Positions 15,073 to 38,400 of a DNA stretch of 64,000 bases are shown piece by piece. Under the pieces are notes generated by a model. That model was not told where the DNA came from. It did not search any database and saw nothing but the letters and a program-made list of their open reading frames with translations. Origin of the DNA: Tubiluchus corallicola (Eukaryota > Animalia > Priapulida); assembly GCA_030141605.1 (NCBI GenBank), contig JAQGDQ010000101.1:516919-580918 (forward strand). The letters run 5' to 3'. A program made the position numbers and the translations under genes. Position 1 is the stretch's first letter. Each line of letters begins with the position of its first letter.

Positions 15073-16726
15073 GATGTTTATACCAGACATAGGCAATCGA
15101 TGGTGAATCTTGGCAGCTACTAGGCGCAGCTGTTCGAAAACAGGCAGTGTGCTTTGTGCAACTCCAACCTGATCGACCTTGTGGTGACAACTCGAAATGT
15201 ATTTGTTTGCATTATACAATACAATAAGTGATCTTAATATTATTATTATATATTTTTGTAACAATTATTTAGATCGAGATACATACTTTTTGTCGCTTTC
15301 GCAAATAATTATAACATGGGAATAATAACGATAAACTTAAACTGTTAGCAAGAAATGCAAGACAATAAAAAACCCACCAATGTAGAAATGAAAAAAATAT
15401 TATGACTCTTCAGCTCACCACTATGAAATACTTTACAGCGATCTCAGTTTGGCTTATATTTTTTGGCACAAACTTTATTTTGTCAGTTAAAGTCATGTCT
15501 ATTTTTAATTTTTTTATGTTTCCTTTAAGATGAATTAAAGGTGACAAAGATAATGAAAGAAACTATTTCAGACGGCTCTAATTTATGTCCATGTTAAGAT
15601 CGCTTAACAGGTTGATCGTTATCATAGGCCTATCATACTTTAAATTATCAGCACTTAACCACAAGGCCTATTATACTTTACGAAACATCGAAAAGCTCAT
15701 GCCGTGATTTTTAGCATCATGAACCTAAACAAAAAATAAAAAGATTTTTTATATTAATTATCAAGGTCTAACGTGGAGATAACTTTGTAAAAAACAGTAA
15801 GCGTAATGAACCGATAACCAATTTTGCGGTTTGTTGAAATTCGCTCTTTTGAAAAGCAATAATAACTGACTATACTATAATTTTTTGACGATTAATTTAT
15901 GATCAATGAGTATCATTTATTTTATGAGTTATCGTTTATGAGTTTATGATCCATCCAACAGTCCGTCCGTCAGTCCGTCCGTCCATCCATCCATCAATCG
16001 ACTGATCGACGATCAATTAATCTGCCAATGGACCGATAGGTAGGTAAATAAAATAGATGGCTCAATTGACTGGTGATTGATATCTACATGTATCTGTGTA
16101 CCTATGTACTTATAAACTTACCTGCATGACTGCGTACCTATTTCCCAACCAGCTTACCTATCTGGCTACTCATTTCATAGTCCTGGCTCTCTCCTTTCAT
16201 AGTTGTCTATTTATGTTTGTTTATCCATTTGTCTGTCCGTCTGTCTATCTAGATGAATAACCTGGATCTACTATGACTAAATTTATAGGCCAATGGATAG
16301 ATACATAGCTTGGTTCCCCTGGATCTGAATTACCTTTACTAGACCTAAAAGCTCAAAATGAATCATCTTTAATTTTATGGCTTGCACACAAGCTTGTTGG
16401 TATACATGGACAAGAAATTTTCACTGTTTCCTTCACCTTGGTTTTCTGTACAAAACCTAGATATGAAGCAGCATAATGCCGATGAGTAGAGATCTGGGTC
16501 ACCGTTAGAGCAAACACGTAACACTGGACGGCTATTTACTGATCACTTCGTTCAAACACACCACACATGTAATAGGAATCTTAGTTTAGGAAGTGTTGTA
16601 TATGTGAATGGGTTGGAGGTGGACCCGTGGCGCTGGACAATGTCGCGGTTTTTTTAGTAAATATAATTAATTAAAAGACGCGAGCGGCATTGTTTCCAGA
16701 TGATAGTTTTGAAGACGGAAGATAGG

Positions 16727-28043
<11,317 letters not shown>

Positions 28044-28474
28044 TATGACTGATTACTAGTCACTGTAGTTATAGCAAATTATAAGTTCATGGGAGATTCT
28101 AGGTAACGCTTTTATCACAAAACTGTGGTCTTGGGATAACAGCACTGCTTGTAAGGTATTAGTGACGTCATTTAAAGCCCAAAAATCAATGAGTCATTAG
28201 ACAGCATCGATCGATCATGAGTCAATGGATCTCTGTAGTATTACATTATCAAAATTTTGCACCACTTCTGAGAACTAATGCAAGTGAGGCGGTGTAATGC
28301 TAATAAACTAGTGCTAATTTAACAACAGTGACTACTGCTATTGGAAATTAGTTATTGTACGACAATTACATTGTATGAAAGACAATGCATTTCATATCAT
28401 TATAATAACCATTCACTGACAAAAAGTTTACATTGTAACATTGTGTATATGTTTACAAAAAATAGAGTATTGAA

Positions 28475-28840
28475 CAGGGCTGGATTATAGTATAGGCTAG
28501 TATGGGTTGCAGCCTAATGCCCTTAAGGTTGTAAGGGCTCCCTCAAGCTTCGGTAACATTTGATAAAAATGGTTGAGTTGAAATATGTGTTAATTTGGTT
28601 TGCAATGATTAGGAAATAATGGTATTTCTTATAGAATATTTTTTTGACAAACAAAAGATAGCTATTCTAGTTTATTTAAAGAATTTGCAATAAATTTACT
28701 TAAAGCTATGTAAATGTCGCCGAAATATATCAAGAGTAAAAAATATTCAAGATGCGAATGAGTTAGAGGATAGCTCCGCCTGAGGGGGCCCCCATAGTTT
28801 CATTAGCCTAGGGGCCGCAAAAGGTCATAATCTAGCCCTG
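28475..28840. mobile_element. Non-autonomous hAT-type DNA transposon (MITE), 366 bp
   Basis: TIRs CAGGGCTGGATTAT / ATAATCTAGCCCTG, flanked by an 8-bp TSD GTATTGAA / GTAATGAA (1 mismatch). Subterminal AGCCTA and GGGGCCC motifs. Confidence 0.85.
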
Positions 28841-30645
28841 GTAATGAACCGGTGATTATACAAAATGTGATTTTAGGTTTAGTAGAATTATAAATGTTTA
28901 CAAATTGTATAATATGTAATGTAATTGTAAATTTTCATATATTTATAAATACAGTTATGTTGAATGCAGATGATGTACCTTTATAAAGAAATTTATGAAT
29001 TTGTATGACCGTAGATTTAGCGTGTATTCCACAAATTAAAAGTATACGTACTTTTGTTATAATATTTCAACTAGCAATTTTTTTAAAAAAATTACTTTTC
29101 TCTTCATTTGCTGCATAAATATGCATCATAATTTTTTATACATTATGCATTTTAGCGAAATATAATGCTTATATTTGTTTTTTGGAATTTATGGTTTCTG
29201 TTATGGATTTATCTGTCTGGCTGTTAGCAGGATTCCACAAAAACTACTTCACCCGTTTTCTCGAAACTTTGTGGAAGGGTGGTCCTGGATGGATACTATT
29301 ATGTTTAGTAATGACCGCCTATGAATTGGGAACGTAAATAATTTTTTATTGATTGCTATTGGTTTATGCGAGAAAATTTCTGCGGCGTCATAATGGGGTA
29401 CTGAAGAAATATTTCAAAAAGCCATGATAGGGAATAAAAAAAAAGGTAAAAACTGCAAAACAACTATTCCACTAGTAGTCAGTGATATATAAAATAAAAA
29501 ATGAATAATTACAATCTGCATTTGTGACGCCCTGAAACGCCAACTCGCACTCACAGGTATCTTTTATAGAAACGAAGTTTTACGAAGTACGAAGTTTTAT
29601 AGGAACAAAAACTGAGAATTTCGGAACTAGTATTTAAGACAGAGAAAGGAATGAAAGGACACAAAAATAAGAAAAAAAGCTAAAGCATGTATGTATATAT
29701 ATTTAGTCAATAACACTTCATTCATGATTTTAGAACGACACAATTTTTCTAAGTCGCAGTATCATCCAGGAATTATTCATAAAGTTGACAACGTTGGTTT
29801 CGATCTGTTTTGACATTGCCATAGGCTCTCTTGGTCACAGCCTGTTCCTACTCAGTGTTGCCATGTCTCTAGTTAACTGTTGCTATGTATCTATTCAATT
29901 GTGCCATAAACCTGTCACTAAGTGCAGCAAGAGTTTCATTATCTAAGTTATGAATAATTACTCACAATGGAAACGCGAATCAATATAATACGCATATAAT
30001 ACAATATTATATCATATAATACGTATCAGTCAGGATATGACAGCTTAGCGGTAAAATGCATTAAATTTTTTTAGGGCATTGGAAATAATGTCATATTAGA
30101 GATGTGATTGATAATAAACTAGTCTCCGGTACGGCTGCAATACATTTCAATGTTTAATATAATCCGCCATTATCAGTTTGACTCTGACTTTCAGTATGTC
30201 AAAATGTATAAAAAAAATCTTAAAGTTTGTGACTGATTTAAAACAGATCTAGATGGAAAGTTCACTTGACCTTGATTCATCTACCGAAGGTCGCCTTACA
30301 AAAACTGTGGATCCAGTATTACTTAGCTGTAAAAAGGTAGTTATTAATCGAGTTTGGTGTTCTTAGATTTTTTTAACATAGCGTTTGTAATTTGAGCGAG
30401 TTGTCTTGGAGGATATATTCAACTTTTGCTTCGTTTCTTTTTTTGCGCATCTCGCCATGCCTGGCTGGATTTGGGTGTAGAGGAAAAACGGTCGAAACCT
30501 AAATTCTGGTCAGATTCTTCCTGATGACCCCTGATATGGTGTGGGTGTGGTACGATGTTTTGAGGATGTGTAGCCTGTGGTGGTTTTGATTTGGTATCTC
30601 AATTAACTTTTCACAATTTTGCAGCTTTTGTCAGTTACTGGTCAT

Positions 30646-30782
30646 AATGATGATGATGATGATTGATGATGATGATGATGTTCATGGCGATGCTGAAGAT
30701 AATGATAATGGTGGTGATGATGATGATGATGATGATGACGATATGCTGCTGATGATGATGTTGATGATGACAACGACGATGA
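30646..30782. repeat. Degenerate (GAT)n microsatellite
   Basis: Directly visible. Confidence 0.9.
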
Positions 30783-32475
30783 GCTTACACTATAGTTGTT
30801 ATACTTCGCTTTGTTTTTCTTTTAAACTTTTTCACAAAGTTAACTTACAATGTCATCGTCATAATCGATCATTTAGTACGAGAAACTGAAGACCAGTATT
30901 ACATCTGATGCAACGCAGATCGATACGCAGTTTTGACAATGGGCGTAATATCTTGGCAGTAGCTGATTCCGCAAATTACGTCACATATCTGCAAGCCAAT
31001 TTCGCCTGCGCAAACCACGACAGAATAAATACAAACTGCACACCTGTGCGCACAACAGTGTCAAGCAAGAAGCCACGAAATCAACATAATTCATGATTTA
31101 ACGGAAATAAAATGCTGGAAAATGATCTACTCTCAGAGGTAAGTTAAGGGTTTGCGCATAAATTGGAACAGTTGATTAAGTTAATCGGTTTTGGAAAACG
31201 AGATCTCAATTTTATAGTAAAGCTTAGGACTATCGATGCACTAAAAAGTAACATAATTTGATCAATGCGAAAGAGCCTGCAACGTTATTGCAAACAAAAA
31301 TAAAATAATGCAGTAATAACTTTAGTTATTAGGTTAAAGATTTTTTAACAGAATTGGGTAAATATTACATCACAAGAGAAGCCATGCTACGCAGTTTTTG
31401 CACAGGTGACGCTGAAGGCATCAGGTTTCTGAAGAAAGGTTGAATCTGAAATAATACAACTTTTTGAGGTAAGCTAAATTTTTTGCAGAATTTTGTATGA
31501 TTTAGTAGTAATACAAGCAATTTTTGATAGAAATAGATAAGCATTACATCATCAGTTTTGAACGATGGTTTAGCGGAGTGGGCACATGCTCCTGGACCGA
31601 AGTTAGCCAACGCCGAGTTGGTCAGTGAATGGACGCTTGATTTACTACCTGCTCTGGACAATTTCATTCACTATAGTAACTGTTTATCTCCTAAAATGAG
31701 GATGTATTCACATGGCTGAGACGTCCTTGCATTTCATCGTAGACAACTATTCTGGATAATAAGTTTCGGTCCCGCCACATTCACCCACATTAAGTAGGCC
31801 TATTAAGACTTGGATTTTAATTTGCAGGGTATTGAAGTGTATAAACAGTCGTTATTATGTGAACCGCGTTGATCAGATGCGCATTTCGTTCATATAGGTT
31901 ATGGTAATGGTTACGGCTACGGTTGTGGTTACGGTTCTTTTCCGAAGAAGTATTTCGAAAACTTGCAGAACGCAACAGAGCTGCCAATTTTTTGTACAAA
32001 TTTTTAATAAACTTATCCGAAGGACAAATATAAAGTATCCATTTATACTTAGTTGGCCGTCTATATTTGTCCTTCGATTTTTTTCGAGATTCAGCAGTGT
32101 TCTTGCTTTATTTAACCGTGTTAGGGTTCTTCTTTGATGTGTCATACTAGTGGTGTGAACGATGAGAAGCTGATTGCACGTATGATTGAGACTTACCATT
32201 CCAACCTTTCCTTTTTTCTCATTTTATTTTGTAAAGCTAGTATAGGAGCCATAAGAAGGGCATGAAGTTCAACGTAAGTAAGCTATAACCAATTATCAAG
32301 CAGCAGAAGTAACCAACAATTTCAAGGTGAGTCTGTTTTTTTACTATAACTGAATAACATTTAAAGTACTCGATTGTTTTCGAATAGTGTACTTTTGAGT
32401 ATTACAAAGGCCTGTTTCTGATTTGTTTAAGTACTTGTCGAAACTGTTTAATTTAATATTTACAATGTTTTGCAG

Positions 32476-35400
32476 CTATTATCCCGGAACGAGAACCATT
32501 TGAGACGGAAGATGAAAGTAAGTAAATGTAGTATTTTGTTATAACAGCTACAATGAGTTAAATAAGCAAATATTTGATATAATAGTCTATGCCTTTGTAA
32601 ACCAGTGATCTCCAACGTTTGGTAACTGGTTAAAATGTGAGGTAACCAAACAGGATCATAGTAATATTGTAAGATATAATGCAGATTCGTGTTTTAGACC
32701 TTTCCTGGTTTATCGATTTTTGATTACGTGTTATTTGGTTTTTTTTACTCAAGGCACAGTAGAGAAATGTCCTGAAAATGCGAATGCAGAGTCAGGAAAA
32801 CTAACTTTTTGTAACTAATTTGCTAATATAGGGGGCACTTGTTGACGTCCCTGAAATCTCCGCCCTGAAAAAGGGGAAACGTAGTTTTTAGAAAAATAAA
32901 AATAGTTGTTCCTTTTCTTACAGTAAAATTGGAAGGTAGACCTCCAGGTCTAATGTTTACTATCACAGGATTTCAGTTATCTGGACTTTTCTTTGTCTAG
33001 CAGAACCAGACGATCAAGATAATCGAAGTATCCAATTTAGTTCCACAGGAAAATATAGATACGACGTAAATACGTACATTTGCTGTTGCAGAAACTGCAT
33101 ACAAAGACACCACAGACTTCTGGTTTGAGTTCAAACCTTCACCAGAGGGTTGGATCAATACCAGACCAAATGGAACCAAGATTCGTGGTCGACCTGTGGG
33201 AGAGAACCTCAACAACATCAGACAATGGAAACCAAAAGAGGAGAAGATACCGAGAATTACCGAGGACGCAATACAGCTTGATGGGGTAAGCGGTTAGCAG
33301 AATATCCGTGTATCTTGTGCTGAAGGTATTGAAAATATCTCTGTGTCAGGGTTCAGCGCCGCGAAAACAACAAAGCATAAACTTCTATTAGGTGTGTGTT
33401 TAACGACCAAATTTAACCAACACCGAGTTCAGTAAGCGGTTGAATGATTGCAACTATTTCTCTTGTTAAGGGAGATGTGAATGAGACAATTAGTCCAATG
33501 TCGCTTCTTAGAGGATTAATTTTATTTATATACTAGATTCCCGTCTCACTACAGCCATATATATTAAGTATACACTTCTGCTGAGTGCTGGTCCCTGCTT
33601 TGTAGAGTGCTGAAATGAATAAATACTAGTAGTATCTCTGAGGTGGTAAGAGAACATCAAGGAAGGGTCCTGTAGTGTCTGTCTAGCGTAAATAGGAACA
33701 ACAACGCATCTAATTCAAGAACACTGTACTTGAGACATGTACTTGAGGCTTATTTAAGAGGATCATTTGAGACACCTACGTAAGCCGATCCTATCCTGAT
33801 ATGACAGAGAAGAATTAGATGCCTCTTTGCTAGTGTTGAGTTTGCATCGAAATCTTATTTTAAGACAATATAAAAACTTCAGGATAAACTCGATGCAAAT
33901 TCAACGCAGTCAAAATAAGCAGAAAGGCATCTAATTCTTCTGTGCCAAATCGGGGCAGAAGTGTTGGGTTTTCAATAAAAATACAACTATTTTGACCACA
34001 CACGGATTTGCTACTTCCATCTTACTATATATATATATCGTAGCAGTTCTTTTGCTGCTAGACAATGGATGGCGCTATTAGTCTCCTATTAAATTTTATT
34101 TTTTACTATTCGAATACGATTATTTCTCAACAGGATGCGTGTATGCTGCTTTACAACTTCAGCATTGAATATCCCGAAGACTGGAAGTGTCTCTTTCAGC
34201 CTAACATTTGTTACTGGAAAGGGATGACATTTGGTATCTGGGTGAAAATTAACCCAACGCTGGATATGGTCCCACGATACATTCTTGACAGTGGTAAGTA
34301 AAAATTAATGATGAATCACGTGTACTTTCCGCGAATTTAACAAGAGTTTAACGAGTTTAGTGGCTGAGATTAGAATTAATTTTCAACGATTTGCTGTGCC
34401 AGCTCTAAAGAGTAGTTGGTTGAGCAGTAGGGGGGAAATTTGCTGAAGGTAAACTAAGTTGCATCAAGAGGAGACTCGTAAGCCTATTTAGTGATCTACA
34501 GTGAAACATTACAGCCCGATACCTTAAGTTTTTAGGGGTGTTAACTTCCAAAACTTCAAATCTACAATTGGTAACACAAGAAATCATTCACTTCAAACGG
34601 TTTGTTTAAACGCGCCAAATATTCTTTGTTCATAATTAAATGACTCATTATTTAGTCGGTCTGTCCTTTCGCTGGTTTGCTGGTGACAGCGCAGCGGACA
34701 ATGTGATGGCTTGATTCAGATCATTTCTTGCCAAAAAAAGTAGCCAGTCCATCGGAAGATTCAGTTTAGACGGACTGTTTCAGTGCGAACGTAGTTTGAA
34801 GCAATCTCTCATAGCGAGCACATTGCGAGGCAAAGTGCTGATCAAACTGTTTCAGTGTGGATAGACTATAGACTATAAATCATTGTTTTTGAGCATGCTG
34901 TGCTTTGCAGGAGGGAGAGAAACCGGGGAGCCTGGAGTAGCGATATACTACAATTACACGTCCGTTACTGCGCTGGTATCAACGGGACTTAAACTGTTCA
35001 TCACAAGAATAGACGGACAAATACCTAAAGACATGTGGACACATGTGGCTCTAAGATGGTCTGAGGAAGATAAAATTGGAATCGAGGTAACTGGTATTGC
35101 TTTTATTTGTTCATTTTCTCATCTGTAGGCTTTTTATTTTATTCCAACATAATTAATTGTGTTAACTTTTAATTACCGGAATGTTATCTTGAGGCGGCGG
35201 TAGTGGCTAAGTGGTCAGGACGAGTACTTAGTGACTGGCGTTAATGCTGGTCAATAAATGGAGAGGAGATCGATACTTATTCTGGGCGCTTTCACTTTTT
35301 GTACTAGTTCTGGGCTGCTTACCTTGTATAGAGGAACGATGTTTTGGTTCATTGTATATTCATCCAAACATAGCTAAGATATTTCTGGTGGTTCAGTATT

Positions 35401-38400
35401 TCATCTCAGAGGTTTGTTCTTGATAATGAGCTAAGTCCCGGTCCTGCTACAACCATCAAACATTAAGTAGATTATTCGTTGAGTGCTAAACACTAGCTTA
35501 CTGTGAGCAAAACTGAAAGAAAACATATTAACATTTTTGGCAGATGCTATAAGCAAACAATACAACATAACTATTATAATCGAATGGTTGTGTATTAAAG
35601 GCTTAATTTGTTAAATTTACTCTTTAAAACATCATATTGCGTATACTGTGTAGGTCTATAATGTTAATATAACTCACCTGACACGATTTTTGGTCTCAAT
35701 TACAATTTTCATAGCTTCTTGTTTCTTGTTCAGCGTTTTGCCTCTCAGGTTTCATATTCTCTCCCTTCTGTAGCTCATCATCAATAATCAGAGAGTCTCG
35801 TCTCAGCTCGTTCATACCAAAATCAGTGGCGTTTTCTCGAGTCCTATTATAGTAGCTGAAAAAGAAGAAGACGTTCCTGATAACACATTAGCACTGATCA
35901 CGCTAGGCTGTAGAAGGGAGTTTGAAACACTTCCAACCTCAGACAATGAAATTACTGGCGACGCTGAAGAACCGGTAAGTGCAGATTATGCCAAACGTTT
36001 GCATCAGTGATCCACGTTCCCTCCCTTGTGTTCCCTGGTTTTTACAACTGCTTCCCCATATGATTTGACGTCTAATAATCATCTGACAATTATACCATTA
36101 TTGTCTTAACACTGTAATCAGTTTATGAAACGTCGTTACTGTCAAACGAAAAAAAGAAACCCTTATTTCTCTGTATGATACGGGCTGGTATATCATTTCA
36201 TAACCTAACCAAAATTTGTTGTTGGCGAGGCTAAAAGCTCTACGAAATTATCACCGAAAGAAAACGTGATGATGTTAAAAGTATACTTGCAGCGCAAAAC
36301 CTCCATTTGAGTGTCAATGTCCAATTTGGCTAATATACTGAAAAACTAACTTGTGATTACTATATCAGGTTCTTCAGTTAATATATACATGTATATGTGT
36401 TATGTGGACACATGATGTGTGCGTGAGTGCGTGCGCGCGCGTGTGTAGATATCTCCACATGAACGTAAACTGTTCTGGAATTAATCAGCTAGGTATGAGA
36501 GAAAACAATTTTGTTGCAATTTGTCCACGTGACGACTTAAAAATGAGTATATTGACTCGATTGTTAGTTAAGTTGTAAAAATATAGCCACAACAGTACAC
36601 TGGTGACCGTTGCGGGCTTCGAACCACGACTGGAAACAGATTTTTGTTACCACAATCTTTTTAGGGGGATGATCCGCCTTTTACTGCCCTAAAAGAACAA
36701 TATGGGGTTGGTTTAACATACGAGGACTACACCATTGGACACTTAGACGAATTTGTTATTTGGGCATGGCGCCTAAGTCAAAATCAGACAAATTTTCTGT
36801 TAGGAAAAATCGGTAGGTACATTTCTATAATTTCTTGTAAATGAAGCATATTAGAAATACTAAAGTTTACTTTAAAACGCATCTAAATAGTTTATACCAT
36901 TTTCGGTTTCTGTTAGTTTCAGAAATTTAAATTAATAAAGTTGGTTATTGTTATTATTAAATAATTAAATAAAAAGTAAAAAACTTAAGAACTTAAGAAA
37001 CATCAACGACATGAATGGCTACAGAGTGAGTTGCCATTGCCAGACACAAAAACACAGGTACTTTAGTGAAAGGTTCCTAATTTGAATGTTATGTTTTGGA
37101 AGTTATTAGTTTCTTTAAATATGGCTTCAATTTTGTAATGTTGGCGATATTAAATTTTACAAATTGTGAGTGAAACGTAAGTGTACTAATTTTAATTTCT
37201 GTTATAATTTTAAATTTAATTATATGTAGTTTGTGAGCTGTTTAAGTACTCCAGTTATTGTTATTCTTTAACGAAAGATACGCCTACTTGGAGAAACCAA
37301 TTTATGTCTTTTATTTAAATAGAACTTTTCATTTGTAAATTTGCAGATATTCCAACTACACTTCAACCCGCTACCCCTACTACCACAACTCCTAAGATAG
37401 GTGAGTTTTCACTAATTGTTTGTGCGAAGTTTTGCAAAATTTTTGCGAGCTAATGTACAGACCATATGTTATTTAAAAAATCAACGAATTTCAATTCATT
37501 CGTGACTTTTTCTTCGCCTCCAATATTGTTAAAGTGCAATTTCAGGAATATATACCAAGTGAAAAGAACCAAGAACGAATAATTACAAGCGTACAATTGG
37601 ATTTTTACTTAGGCCTGGCTTAATTTTTTTACTAAACCTATATCGGTTTACAATAGTAGACGTGGTATCATATTGTAGTAAGGGTAGATCAAATTGCGTA
37701 AATAAGCATAGTGCCCTAATAATCCGTTCTTTTCTTGTCGGTTTCAGTTCCGAGTCAGTTGTATTGCTGTCAGTTTTACTAGCATGATCAATATGTGTGA
37801 AAAATGGCAACAACAAGTATGGTTTCGTGAAACTATTTTATTTATGCAACAGAGCCTACCTGTCCAGAAGGTTTCGTGGAATATCAAAGCACTAGAGTGT
37901 GTTACGGTTTTCCTGGATACAAGTTACCATGGACACACGTGGATGAAGCTTGCAAGCAAATTAGAGGGGATGGAGAAAAATCTTCAGGATTGCTGCCATC
38001 TGACGAGATAAAAGAATGGCTAATAGAAGAAATGAAGGCTAAAGTATACCCAGAGTAAGACAGCAAAATTACATTTCGTCTTATTCACTCATTTAAAGTA
38101 TGCAAAAACGCAATATCGTCTTGCTGTTTACATTATCGACATCTTTTGTCTACGTTGATTTTATATAATTGCAGCCTTTTGTGGAAGCTAGGAAGTTGTA
38201 CTTGCAAATACTAATTAATCTTGAAAACAATAATGTCAACGTGAATGATATAGTTAATATAACAGAAATGCGATTGCTTATATTTATTCAAATGTTAATG
38301 TTAGTGTTGATATTGATGTTGATGTTGATGTCAATGTCAATATCGATGTTGAAGATAAGATTAATAATGTCTATGTCAATGTCATTTAAATAATTAGGAT

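Noticed and set aside
30488-30535. Hammerhead-ribozyme-like words GGTCGAAACC..GGTC..CTGATGACC
   Set aside because: Stem III and a GTC triplet fit, but the core would need two extra nucleotides to form stem II and stem I does not pair. At best it is a dead relic.
36601-36630. 30-nt tRNA 3'-end fragment with CCA on the minus strand (PBS-like on the plus strand)
   Set aside because: Too short to assign, and no adjacent LTR is recognisable.
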